A stretch of 63,522 nucleotides of DNA, filler included, from Rhabdomonas costata (GCA_019059605.1; 52 parts of 52 records of this genome joined end to end with filler, not necessarily neighbours in it); one strand, 5' to 3'. Positions 24,840 through 37,573 are shown, counted from the first letter of the whole stretch. Notes: generated by a model not told the origin, from the letters alone. Program-made: numbers and translations.

Positions 24840-25217
24840 CCGGCCTCCCATCCGTATCCGGGGTCTCACCCCACCCCATCCCCGCGGCTGTTCCGGACTC
24901 CGAGGAGAAGGGCCTCTTTCAGCCGAAGGAGGCTGGAGGAAAGAGGCGGAGGGAGGACAGTTCGCCGGCCCGTAGTGGGGCCAAGGACCGGGACGAGGGC
25001 GTGAGCAAGGCGCTGGAGGGGCCTCCTCGGGAGAAAGCCCTGGACAGGGAGCGCGACCGAGACCAGGACCGGACCCGAGATCTGAACAAGGACAGGGAAA
25101 GGGAAAGGGACAAGGACAAAGGACAAGGACAAGGACAAGGACAAGGACAAGGACAAGGACAAGGACAAGGACAAGGACAAGGAAAGGGAACGCAAAGAAA
25201 AGGCGAAGCCCAAGAAG
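24840..25217 (+). CDS. Exon of a low-complexity D/K/R/E-rich protein containing a (GGACAA)n coding microsatellite
   Basis: CAG acceptor and GT donor; DRERDRDQDR..DKDK. An extra A near 25120 turns the DK repeat into the apparent GQ repeat. Ten perfect units at 25121-25180; six more inverted at 24510-24545. Confidence 0.65.
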
Positions 25218-28200
25218 GTACACTGGCGAGAGCCCAGTTATTTTTTTCCCGTGTGCCTAACTTCCCCAGTACCTCTGAGTCTCATGTGCGCTATTGCTTC
25301 GCCCTTGGAATTCTGGAATCTGCAGAACATGCGACAAAGTCAGTATTGTGTCAAAGATTCACCCGAACAGAAAAAAAAGAAGAGGACCTTTTGGAAGGAA
25401 ATTTTGCCAAGGAGAGATCCTGCAGGTGGGTGCATCCTCACTACACTACGGGTCTCCGCGAGTCCCACGGTTTCCAAGCGTACACGCGTGAAAATATGCT
25501 CTTTTTAAGGTCTGAAAGCCTAGTTTGGTAAGCCCTGACACATATAGGTAGTGTTGTGCGGCGAATGCTGTGCTGCCACCTGAGCGATGAGACTGACCCA
25601 CAACCNNNNNNNNNNNNNNNNNNNNNNNNNNNNNNNNNNNNNNNNNNNNTTAATTAATTAANNNNNNNNNNNNNNNNNNNNNNNNNNNNNNNNNNNNNNN
25701 NNNNNGGGTTTTTGTTCCTCCGCGAAGGCTTCTCCCTTGAATTCTCTTTTTTTGTTTTTTTTTTGGCCGCTCGTTCTATTGACCTTTCTTTCTTCATCAA
25801 CGAACGTGTTTTGCTTTTAGCCCGACTTGAACCCGTCCTGAACCCAACCCGCGTCCTCTATGCTGCTCACACTGCATGGTCAGGGGACTGTGTGGAAAAT
25901 GGGAGTGTGGCATGAGGTCAGCGGATGCTGTGTGCCTGGGTGTGAGGTTTTTTGGAAGGGCGGTGGGCGATGTGGGCCAATGGAACATAAGGGGCCAGCG
26001 CCTCCCCCCCCCCCCGGTTCGCAGAGGGAGTGCCGTGAAATGCATGCGGACAAGAGGAGACACTTAGATTGATACGGATGAAGCTGCAAGTGTTGGGTTA
26101 AACGTTTTGTGAGTTTTTTTTTCGCCTTTTCGTCCCATGATAATGTGAGGTTTACCAGCCCCCATTTCCGGGCATGTAAACCCGCAGTGCGTTCCCGATT
26201 AGAGGGGTTGTTTTTGACGCAAAGAGACAGGCACCTCGACGGACGAGAGCTATCCGTAAACTTAACTCAAGAACCTTGTGAACACTGTCACTTCGAACGA
26301 ATGAACTCTCCGCGTTGGAGCATTCTCAACTCCTCTGAGGGAAGCTCTTGTGGGTGCTGGCTGTTGAAGCGGTTGGCTGCTCCGCCTGTTACTTCGCTTC
26401 AACAAAAAAGAAGGGAAACCACTGCACCCATCCATCATCTCGATGGGTTCGCAAACGGAAACAGCCTCAGCCCTATCACTTTTAAGCAATACCGACAGAA
26501 AACGTCATTATCAAGTCCCAAACTTCAAGTTCAAGATGTTTTATTTATGGAACAAGCATTCCCACGTCCATTGTGGTGAAGCGGGCATTGTATTCGTGAT
26601 CACCATTCCAACAAGGTTGGTTACTAGTTGGTCATACCCCATCCCCATAGTAACAGTACGTATCGTTTCCACGCGAGTTTTCAGTCTACTGCAAAAGAGG
26701 AACAGGACTTTTAGTTCTGCGTGAAAAACGCTGGAGGTGTACCTCGATCCGCGGCAGTCCCTTCCGCACCCCTGCGCGTTGCTGTTGCTGGGAGCTGTCC
26801 GGAGAGTGCCGCCTCGTCCCCAACACAAANNNNNNNNNNNNNNNNNNNNNNNNNNNNNNNNNNNNNNNNNNNNTTAATTAATTAANNNNNNNNNNNNNNN
26901 NNNNNNNNNNNNNNNNNNNNNNNNNNNNNGGTGGGTTGGTGGCGAAATTTAGGGAGGGTTCCTTTTGCCTGTTGCCTCGTGCCTGGTCTTTCAAGTGTTC
27001 ATGACGAGGGGCCGCTGCCTGTTCACCCATACTTCCAGCTTCTGTACGGTTGAGGCACAGAAGGCTAAAATTGTGTTCAGGTCAAGAGGAGGACAGGAGA
27101 TGTGCATTCTCGTAACTCCAAGTCTTATCGCCGGTCGATGGACGCGGTGACGTGCAGAACACGCACGTATCTTCCCGTGCCGAGGTTTGCTCTAGGCAGG
27201 CACGGCTCAGCATCGAAAGAAACATAATAGCCTGGGTGCTGTGGAATATCGTGAGGTGGAATTCTGCGCGGAAACTCGACTCTCTGTCACATGACCTGCG
27301 TTGTCGCGGTGCCCGCGCTCGACCCCGCTTGGCCAATTTTAAGCACGTTCTCCAGCACCTTGCTGGCCATACTTGTCGTCAGCGGCGCGCTTTCCTGCAC
27401 CCACCCAACACGGGAAGAAATATTTACACTTTTGCATCTCCCCTCCCTCCCGTGTAAGATAATTTTTTTCAGGGATGTCGCTTTCCCTTGTGCGCAGAAC
27501 CAGAACATCTGTTGCCACTTTCTTGTAATCAAAAACTTCAACATCGTAGTGATAATTTTCCATTCAAAAACCGCATGGAGCATGAAGCGGCCCATGGATG
27601 CATTTGACGCTGCCAGGGACACGTCGGAGCTCCGATGTCACCTGTACCTTATGCTGCGTGGATATTCCTAGCACACCCGTTTCCACCCAGAACAGCCTGG
27701 GTCATAAGGGGGTCATTCATAACGTGTGGTAAGACACCACGGCCAAATGCACACACACACGGATACTTTCACTGGCATCAGAAAGAGTGTCGCGAATCTC
27801 AGGTGAGGAGCCCTCGCGGCGCGCGGAGAGGATGCTAAGCGGCCGTGGTCGGCACACTGCAGCGACCAACTCCTGAGTAATCCCCCCCTCACCCAATGAG
27901 CATACCCACGTCCCCATCCGTCCGAGACACGGGAGAGAAAGACGTAAACATCTGGAAAACAGAAGATATTATGGGGACAGAAAACAGAAAAGCAAAGAAA
28001 AACAGTGATAGATAGAAGTGATAGATAGAAGAGATAAAAGAAAAACCCCACACNNNNNNNNNNNNNNNNNNNNNNNNNNNNNNNNNNNNNNNNNNNNTTA
28101 ATTAATTAANNNNNNNNNNNNNNNNNNNNNNNNNNNNNNNNNNNNNNNNNNNNTTTGAGCTCGAAAAAAGGGCAAAATTGGAAAAAGGGAAGAAGACGCT

Positions 28201-28689
28201 TCGAATGACAGGAAGGATGACAAAGGAGCCTCCTGCAAAAGTTCTTCTCGTATTACTATCCTGGCGGAAACCATCACGATCGCTGAAAGCAAGCGGAACG
28301 GACAACATGCAACTACGTTACTGGCTCGATTTCAGGTCATTGGTCCCAGCCAGTCTGGGGGCTTGCGTACTTTAGCTTTCAGGCTTTCGAATTGGACAGC
28401 TCGGAGTGTCCGACTTTGAGGGCTTGGGGAATTGGAGGGTTCCTCACAAAGCTCCATATTCAAAGCGATGTTCTGAATTGTGACACTTTCGACACTTGGC
28501 CAGTAGTGCCACCGTTGGTGAGGATAGCCATGCGGAGGCGGAGAGGCGGAGTGTGTGGTGAAACCACCATGATGAAAGGATGCAAGGATAGGCAACACGG
28601 ATTTCTGCAACTTAGGGGAGGCCAGTGACGACGTGACGAGGGTTGCGAGCTGACCTGCTCTGTCGCCAATTGTCGCAAAGTATATTACC

Positions 28690-29251
28690 CTTTTCCGACT
28701 TACAAATTTCCCTGCTCCGCCAAACCCGCAAACCAGGTCCACCACAGTCTGAAACAAAAACCCTGTGACATGACCAACGGTACGGGCTCAACAAAGCAAC
28801 CAAAAGGAAACAAAAGGAGTGCAGCCATCACAACAAACAAAATACACCACAGAAAACCAAAAGCCGCCGCGTTAAGCAACACAGCGGTGCACGGAATGAA
28901 GCCCAATACCAGAACGGGCAGCACATCATCTCGCACACACCTCTGCGCCTGGGAACCGCAGAGGTGCATTGACTGTGCAACAACTCTATATCTTACATTG
29001 CCTGCATCGATGTCATGAGTCAGAGGCCAGAAACCACGGCAGCCCCCCGAGTCTTCTCCGAGGGCGGCACCACCTGCGGGCCAAGAATCCACTGCACCGT
29101 CTCGGAAAGCCACGCAAAGTTGTGGTAGGCCGCAATCGCCTGAAAGGTCTTCATCCTAAGTGGAAGGAGCACAAGCTCAACCAAAACCTCTTTTCCGACT
29201 TACAAATTTCTCTCCTCCGACAAACCCGCAAACCAGGTCCACCACAGTCTG
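28690..29251 (-). repeat. Direct repeat of about 62 bp at exactly 500-nt spacing (28690-28751, 29190-29251), each copy framing a 45-nt exon-like unit
   Basis: Both copies read CAG|ACTGTGGTGGACCTGGTTTGCGGGTTTG..GAAATTT|GTAAGT and differ at 3 internal positions. Confidence 0.75.
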
Positions 29252-30919
29252 TAACCAAACCCNNNNNNNNNNNNNNNNNNNNNNNNNNNNNNNNNNNNNN
29301 NNNNNNTTAATTAATTAANNNNNNNNNNNNNNNNNNNNNNNNNNNNNNNNNNNNNNNNNNNNTGTGGGTTTTGAAGAAGATTACATTGAGTGTAATCTTC
29401 AAGACTTTTTACACTGAGTTGACGAATCAAAAGGGGCTTTGGATGTGTTTTGTGGCTTTTTGACCTGACGTGTTGGAGTAGGAGTTTGGTGATTGCGTAA
29501 TGCAATGGGTTGAGGTTTGGTGTGTTTAATTTCCTCTTTCTTGCATTTGCTTGGGGTTTTGGTTGTAGGGGTTGAGTTCTTAGGGTGCAGCGCAAGCGGT
29601 TTTGTGAAGGTTTGGGCGGTGGAGCTGTGTATCGTAAGTCGTGCGGTGTTTGGCTGGACTTGTCTTGTTCGAACTGTTTGGCTGTTGCTGTGATCACCTT
29701 GCTTCTACGCACAAGCCGGGAATAGGGGAAAGCTGTGAAAGGCCAAAGGGCACACTCACACCTCCTGAAGTGCGCGTGTTAGTTAGAAGGGGCGAAGCCA
29801 AAGCACACCACAGGCATCCGGCAGTCGAAAGCACACCCTCCACGCGGAAGGGCAGCCCACTCGCAGGCAGTTTGCCAAGAGGTTTGGGTTTTGGAGTTGA
29901 AGCTTGCGCGCCCTCGCACACTCGTAGCCCCCGCCACCCCAGCAGGAAGAGAAAGCACCACAACCGTCAGGTCACTGAAGAAAAGCGGGAGTCGCGAAGG
30001 ACCCCGCCGCGCCGCGAAAGGCGGCTGAGTGTAATCAAAGCCAGGTACTTGGTGTAATCCCCGGCTGCGCCCAACGCGCGTCACAGACGTCCGGGAAGCG
30101 GTGAGCCCGAAGCCGGGTCCGCAGTCCTGTGAACCCACCGGGACAGGTAAGTGGCCAGGCAGAAGGCTGGGACGTCACAAGTACCCAAAGATATAGTCCA
30201 CGCCGTGGCAAGAGACCGCGGCGCTCAAAGGGAGCCAGACTGATAAACTCAGCCTCGGACAGGGATCGCCCGTGGAAACCACGGCGACGCCCACGTAGGG
30301 CAAGCGAAGTTGGGATACAGGCCGTAATAAGTGGCCACAACCACCCGCAAGAGGTACGAGGCACGCAGGAGGCTCGGCGGATATACGGGGTGGGACATGT
30401 TCGGTACAAAGTCACTGCGCTGAGCTGAACCTTAACGAACTGAACTTGTCTTTTTTTTTTTTTCAAAACGACGGAGCTTTACCAGCCCACNNNNNNNNNN
30501 NNNNNNNNNNNNNNNNNNNNNNNNNNNNNNNNNNTTAATTAATTAANNNNNNNNNNNNNNNNNNNNNNNNNNNNNNNNNNNNNNNNNNNNGGTGTGTTGT
30601 TTTTGCAGAAAGATATCGTTTCTGAAGTGGCGAATTGTTTTATATTTTATCCTTCGTTCATACATGCTGCTTGCTGCTGCCACTCGAGTTGTTAAAGACA
30701 TTGCCCGTATCAGAAAATTGTATTGATTGTGATGGAAGAAGTTTCTGAAAAGCTTCTTTGCGATGATCTGCAGTGGACCGCGAGCACCATCAAGAGATCA
30801 AGAACGTGAGGAGGTGGTGTGCAATGGCAGTGCAAACTCCCAGCTCCCTTTCCGTCGCACTCACCACCGCTGAATAAATAGCTCAAGAAACGGACCACCC
30901 AGCAAACATAGAGATAAAC

Positions 30920-31012
30920 CTTCGTGCAGCACGCAATGCAGTGGCTCATGCTAATGTCTTTGCCAATCGGCACCACCGAGAGATCCACAATTACCTCCTT
31001 CAGGGCGGACAT
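30920..31012 (-). CDS. First exon of a UPF0045/MTH1187 (thiamine-binding, Ecm15/YqgV-like) family protein
   Basis: MSALKEVIVDLSVVPIGKDISMSHCIACCTK fits the family N-terminus; AAG|GT donor; CAG 4 nt before the ATG. Confidence 0.7.
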
Positions 31013-31861
31013 TTTGCTGCAAATACGGAAGCAGAGGGCTGCACCCTGAAAAAGGGGAGTTCGCCAGAAGCAGCGAAACGAAACTTCTTTCGTGCTGTAA
31101 AGCACGCCATAGCAAACCTGCACTCGCTCTAATCCTCACCCACTTCTGCCTGCTGCAATCCTCTCCTGTGGGACAACCGGTCTCCACGGAATGGGAGGTG
31201 CATTTTCCCCGACCAGCAGCCACAATTTGCAAACGTCAACTTCCTGCCCAGAAACGAAAAGCTTGCGTGAATCCGATTCCAGCCGCTCACATACTGCAAA
31301 CGTCTCGGCTCAAGCAAGCCGTTTCCATTTCAATCTCGCCGGAGCGACATAGGTCGATCTGGCACACACAACACACACAACACACACACACACACACAAT
31401 GAGAGAACTTGAGGTATCCATTCCTCTGTTGCTCCATCGCAACAGCCAATGATGACCACATTAACCGGACCAGCGAGCAAGACGCGTAAATAGCAACCGC
31501 ACAAAGAAGCTTTTCAGAAATCTCTTCTATCAAGTCCAGAGAGGAAAAGCCTATGCCTTATTGCAAACATTTACTTGCATTTAAATCACACACCATGTCG
31601 TATCACACTGGGCGCACCAAGTATTGTCGAATTATCGTGGACAGAGGTTTTGGTCTTTTCGCGCACAAATTCGATCTTTTAAATTGATTTAAAGCAATGC
31701 TTGGCCCAACCCACNNNNNNNNNNNNNNNNNNNNNNNNNNNNNNNNNNNNNNNNNNNNTTAATTAATTAANNNNNNNNNNNNNNNNNNNNNNNNNNNNNN
31801 NNNNNNNNNNNNNNGTGGTGGGTGTGTGTGGGGTGTGTGGGCTCGTGGGCCACCCACCGGG

Positions 31862-32092
31862 GCAAACTCCGCAGGGAACTACCGGGAGCTAGTTCTGGTG
31901 GAGGAGGAGAGCCGGCACCGGCTGGCTTTGGTTTCCGATGCCACGGCGGTCATCCTGGCCTCAGCTGCGGGGTTCACGGGGGATGTGGTGTGCGCCAGCC
32001 AGCTGGCTTCGGTGAAGCTGCAGATTGCCAAGGCAGAGCTCGCCGCCAGGGACATTGAGCTGCAGGTCCTCCGAAGGAGGGGCGCCGCCTAG
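31862..32092 (+). CDS. Probable terminal exon of an unknown coiled-coil protein
   Basis: GC-rich third positions; helical peptide ..VKLQIAKAELAARDIELQVLRRRGAA then TAG. The 5' boundary is approximate. Confidence 0.45.
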   Translation, partial: ANSAGNYRELVLVEEESRHRLALVSDATAVILASAAGFTGDVVCASQLASVKLQIAKAELAARDIELQVLRRRGAA

Positions 32093-34069
32093 CCACCCTT
32101 CTGCCCCCTTGATTGCCGTCTGCCCGACTGACAAGGAAATTCCACCCCCACTCCAAGGATATCTGCTGTTGCATACCTGTGCCTGTGTTGTTCGCTTCCC
32201 TTTTTCCCTGTGATGGAGGCTCAATACCCCACCCAAAGGTGTTCATGTGCGCCCGCTGTACAAGTGCTGTGCCAGAGCTCAGCTTGTAAATAGTAACTGT
32301 GGATCCCACTATGTATTGCACGCAGTGAAGTGCGAGTTGTCGTTCGGGAGTGCTCTTCTGAGTGTGTTTCGCAGGGAGGTGAACTCCACCACGTTGGCAA
32401 GAAGAGAGTTGAGGGCATGCGTCGATTATCAATATCTTGGTTCCATTTCCACCCCAGTTCGTATTCCCCACGGGAGCAGGAATAGGAGATGAGATTTTAA
32501 AGGGCAATCAGGAGGTTAGCGTTGCAGGAGGAGTGCAGCTCTGTGGGTGCCTTCCCGTGCTCTAAGCTCCCCGTTTCCAACCCCTTAAGGGCATTCTGGA
32601 ATGCTGATACACCTGGTCTTGCCGCCTGGTCCCGTCATCGGTGCTTGGCCTACTTTGCCCCACATTTTTTTCTTCCGTTTTTGCATCATTCGGCCAAGCA
32701 TGGTGATGCCCAATTCGGAGGGGGGTGGGATGGCAGCACCCCTGACGGAATGGTTTTTCCGTCTTTTTTTTTCAAGCTACCACACCGCTTCTATTTTTTG
32801 AACTCACTTCCTCTGCCTGGCTCGCTCGCTCCTTGGTGCCCATCCCCTACCCCATATGGCTGCCTCGCCGCCGCCGCCCCAGAAGGACGCCCGTGTGGAG
32901 GCGTCGCAGGGCTCTCCCCGGCGGTTCACACCCCAACNNNNNNNNNNNNNNNNNNNNNNNNNNNNNNNNNNNNNNNNNNNNTTAATTAATTAANNNNNNN
33001 NNNNNNNNNNNNNNNNNNNNNNNNNNNNNNNNNNNNNGTGGGGGTGGCACCGCATGGTCCTCTCTGGGGGCGTGCTGTACGTCCACGGCGGAGTGCTGGC
33101 TTCTACGCTGGACTACCCGTCCATTCCCTTCTTTAGTATGGCAGCGAAAAGGGGCGGTGTAAGATGGTGGTGGACGTATCTTTCCTATTCTGCCACTTAC
33201 ATACTTGTCCAAAATTGCTGAAAGCCCGAAATGGGGCACCACTCACGGTCCACGCACCATTGTGGAATGTGCTAAAAAAAATGCGCATACTTTTACACAT
33301 GCTTGGTGCACTTCCACTCCATTTGAACCATTGGAACCGTCGGTGTGTGTGATGCTCGTGCACGTGCGCAGCGACGACCTATCGGCGGCCGCAGTGTTAC
33401 GCAGGCTGGGAGCAACCCGATGGCAATTACATGTGTTGGTCCTGCCCCTGGGGATATGCGAGTTATGCAGGTGTGGCGGACCCAACTTTTTTTTGCTCCT
33501 GTTGGGGGTGGACGGTGAACCATGACTGTACTAGCATTCTCATGCGATTCATGACGGGGCGGATAAGCGATTAAAACTGAGTGCTGTTAGGCTAGGTGAT
33601 GTACTCCGGTTCAATCGCCGCCTTGCCCGCTTGGGCGACCGCTCCTCATGTGTGCTCCTATGCCCCTTCTCTCGTCTCCTCACTTCTATTATATTCTCCT
33701 GGTGAGCACACCTTCCCCGCGAAAACCTGTTCCCGCACAACTGATGCAACCGAAACTCGTTGTCATCTGCTGTGGATTGGTTCTCATTTGTTTGTTGCTG
33801 TTCGATTGTGGTACTTGGGTTTCGTTTTCTGCGAACAGTTTGAGTTGACCATGTTTTTTGTTTGTTCAGCGCAGTCGATAGGCACCAGTTTGTATTCCCC
33901 GCTTTCAAATAAGCAACACAACAGGTTTTCAAGTGGTGTTCTCGAACGTGTGGCAAAGGCACAAGCAAGAGTAATCCTTGAGTGCTAGGAGGATTTTTCA
34001 GATTCCCCACTTTGGGTTTGGGGGACACATTTCGGTTTGGCCTTTGTTCGGCTTTTTGTGCATCTTCAG

Positions 34070-34153
34070 CTTCCTACTACTGCGAGGGATGCCCAGCAGG
34101 AACGTACTCCCCAGGTCCCACTGGGCAAGGAATATGCACGCCTTGTCCCGCAG
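34070..34153 (+). CDS. Cys-rich GCC2/GCC3 (ephrin-receptor-like) repeat exon
   Basis: CEGCPAGTYS..CTPCPAG; CAG acceptor and GT donor. Confidence 0.75.
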
Positions 34154-34628
34154 GTGCAGTCNNNNNNNNNNNNNNNNNNNNNNNNNNNNNNNNNNNNNNN
34201 NNNNNTTAATTAATTAANNNNNNNNNNNNNNNNNNNNNNNNNNNNNNNNNNNNNNNNNNNNTTTGTGGGTGCCTGGTGTGCACTTTTCCGATCTTTTCAG
34301 GCCTGCGTACTGAGCCTAAGCTTTCGGCCAGGGCTGCTTATAATAACTATGGCTTGAGCCCAGGAGTACTTAAGGGCCATTTTGGATGTTTTTGTGCCCA
34401 TTTTGCCTTTACACAGGCTTAGAAGGACCGTATTCTTTTTTGCGCTTGCTTTTCCTTGGGCTTGGGTTTTAAAAAAGAATGAACTGTAGGCTGGCACACC
34501 GCCCGCCTTCACGTCGGTGCGCCAGCACTGATTTTCTGGAATTATCCAAAACATGCAGAATGTCGGTCAGGTTCATCTGTTAGGTCCATCCCACCGTCGT
34601 GTTTACCCTATGCAACCCTCCACAACAC

Positions 34629-35385
34629 CCGATGGTTCCGGTGGCTGCGGCTGCGCCCATCAGCGGGGGCAGGGTCCCAACCACGGCGCCCACCCAGGTG
34701 TTCCCCCAGTGCACCCTCTTCAGAGGGGTGTATAGCAGCACGTAGATCCCCCACGTGGCCAGCCCCAGGTAGGCTGGGAACCCCAACCCACGTGGATGAC
34801 CAGAGAGAGAGAGAGCAGGCAACACATAAAGAGGGGGCGGGGGTCTGAGTCTGAGGGTCTGAGTGCATGGCGTGCAGGGGAGTGGCGAGTTTGCGGATGG
34901 GGCAGAGGATGGAGTAGTAGTGAATGCCCGAAAGCTCGCCCCCTCAGTGTAAGCAAATTCGGGGTTGGGGGTATTTCCAATAATTATCCTCAAGTATGAC
35001 GTTCAGTTTTGGAAACAGACTGTATAACAAAGTGAGAGCAAAATATAAAAGGGACGAGTAATAACCGGAGCTGCTGCAGCGCCCCTGAATCACACGTCAC
35101 AATATCAAGGGCATATCAAGGTCAGCGAACGCAAAGGCAACACCCAGCCCACAAACAGGATGTTTAGTTCGGCTGGTTTGTTTCTTGTCTTCGCGCGCGC
35201 TTGCGTGTGAGGAAACTTGAAAACAATCACATACTTCAGAAAGTTTTGCGCGCGCTTGGAAAGTGGCGAGGCTGGGGTGACGTGCCAGTAAGAGGGTTGC
35301 AGCCGTAGTTGAGGATGGCAGTGCCCAGGGCGACGCTTGTGCCCAAAAAGACCACTGTGAGGGGGACCTTCAGCACCCCCCACAC
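34629..35385 (-). CDS. COX10: Protoheme IX farnesyltransferase (heme O synthase); exons 35385-35286 and 34773-34629
   Basis: Spliced peptide [49 protein letters not shown]; the join requires a GC-AG intron. Confidence 0.9.
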
Positions 35386-35565
35386 NNNNNNNNNNNNNNN
35401 NNNNNNNNNNNNNNNNNNNNNNNNNNNNNTTAATTAATTAANNNNNNNNNNNNNNNNNNNNNNNNNNNNNNNNNNNNNNNNNNNNGTTTTGTGTTATGAG
35501 CTATGGGCGATGGAAAAGGTCCACTTTGCAGTTTTTTCACATCTCTGAAAAGGTTCCTGCTGCAG

Positions 35566-36558
35566 GCAAGCTGCTGCTCGACTGGAGTTGCAGTCAACTC
35601 GATCCTCTTTTTGTATTCCTAGGAGAAGCTTGGGCCCGCTTTCATCAAGCTGGGGCAGTGGAGCGTGACCCGGAGGGATTTGTTCCCTCCTGATGCTTGT
35701 GCCATCTTCAGCGAGCTGCACATGCAGGTGTGCTGTGCGGGATGGGGTCTCGGCGGACAAAGTACGGGGGGAGGGGGAAATTCAATGTGAAAATAAGAGG
35801 ATTCAATAGAAAATTTTACACTTGACGGAGTCGAGTGAAAGTTGATATGCGGGATATGCCCATCTTTTGTCACTCTGAACCATTGAACCATTTTCACTTC
35901 TCAAAAGAACCACCTTGGTTGCTGCACTTTGGTTCGGTCGAATAGTCGAAAGACGTTTGAATTTTGGAATGGGCTCGTGGTATGCGCCTTGCGAGCCGAG
36001 GGGAAGAAAGCACGCGAAAAGGGAGTGTTTATATCCTGTGGGTTGTGCCAGGTCAAGCCTCACCCCTTCGGATACACCCGCAAAGTGATCCGCGAGGACT
36101 TCGGGCGGGAGTTGGAGGAATGTTCGAGGAGTTCGATCACGAACCCACCGGTGCTTGGCGCGCGTGCGCGAGAATGGAAGAGAGAATAGAGGGGCCCGCG
36201 AAGGCAGATCCAACTGACGTTGGAAATACTTTTGCAATCACTAGGAACCGTCACCACGGGAATACTTGTCAACATTGGTAACCGTTTGTAGAGGTTTTGG
36301 ATGTGTTTTTTTTACCTGTCGGGGTTCGAGTTGGGCCCAAGACAGCGATGGCACTTTCTGTTGCCTTTCCTTAGGCTCTGGTTCGATCGCCCAGGTCTAC
36401 CATGCGAAGCTGAAGGGGACCCATGAGTCTGTTGCCGTTAAGGTTCACTTATTTATTTGCATTTGCATTTGTTGAACTTTGGTCAGGTAAAGCAACCATC
36501 CCACATGCGCCCTCTTTTGTTGCAGGTTCTACATCCCAACGTCAAAGAAAACATCAAG
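35566..36558 (+). CDS. ABC1/UbiB atypical kinase (ADCK2-like); exons 35623-35727, 36052-36150, 36375-36442, 36526-36558, plus probable 35566-35600
   Basis: LGPAFIKLGQW..RRDLFP, PHPF..T..I..FG, GSGSIAQVYHAKL..VAVKVLHP. One base appears to be missing near 36120. Confidence 0.9.
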
Positions 36559-37496
36559 GTAAGTGTCCCCTCCTCCCAACCTCCTGAAAGTGAGTGCCAC
36601 CCCCAACCNNNNNNNNNNNNNNNNNNNNNNNNNNNNNNNNNNNNNNNNNNNNTTAATTAATTAANNNNNNNNNNNNNNNNNNNNNNNNNNNNNNNNNNNN
36701 NNNNNNNNTTTTGGTGGTACAAAGCCAGAACCTCCTGTTTACAAACGAACAGGAACGACCACGTGTTGCTGACGTGCATATGGTGAGTTTGTTATAGCTG
36801 CTGCTCACGCCGTCGCTATCTCCGCGCGTCTGGCGTGCATATCATGAACTGCCTTCCCTGGGCAAATGGTAATGGTAAAGGGTCCATGGGGGAAAACGAT
36901 CTTACCGCATCCTGCACTCCACACCCAGCCTGGCAGTATACACTAGCGGGGTGTCCCGCACAAGATGCTCAAAAGAGCTGTTGATTTGGTCTCACATCTT
37001 GACATCACTATGATGATTTTTATAAGACAAACCACGTGTTTCAATTCGGGCGGTGAAAACTGCTGAGACCGTCACTATCTGCGAAAGCAGGGGGGCACAT
37101 GTCAATGACCCCATCCCCAACGGCAACGCTGCGAATGGCGTCTTTGCAATGCAATCCACCATTATCCATCTCCGATAATATTGCCTGCGGAATTTTAAAG
37201 TGAGTGATGTACCAAAAAAGGAGGCGACATTTGCAAAGGAAAAAAGTATGCCATGAAATTTCTGTCAAAATGTTGCATTTGAATAGCAGGGATATTGGGA
37301 ACAGGTAACTTCGCAAACGGCGCAGTGAAAAGGCGGTAGAGTGGTTTGGTTTCACGGGGTGTCTTAGGACAATAAAGAATCTTAACGAGTACATCTCTGC
37401 GGTAGCACTCACTTCTGAAATGGTCAGCGCCGCTGTCAAAGAAACACTGAAGGAAAAAAAACCAAGTGGAACCCCCTCCCCTCCTAAGTTGCGCAC

Positions 37497-37573
37497 CGTT
37501 CCAAAGATACACTTCATCGCAGACGAGGAGGAGTTCAAGAACCCATTCCCTGAAACGGTGATCTTCGTGCCGC
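37497..37573 (-). CDS. IPT/TIG domain exon
   Basis: GGTKITVSGNGF....MKCIFGT; CAG acceptor and GT donor. Confidence 0.7.

Noticed and set aside
25121-25180. GQGQGQ, SLSLSL or VLVLVL repeat proteins in the ORF track
   Set aside because: These are alternative frames of a (GGACAA)n DK-coding repeat with a single extra base.
36110-36130. Frameshifts in conserved genes as RNA editing or programmed frameshifting
   Set aside because: Each falls in a short homopolymer and lacks a slippery-site context, so sequencing error is the simpler explanation.
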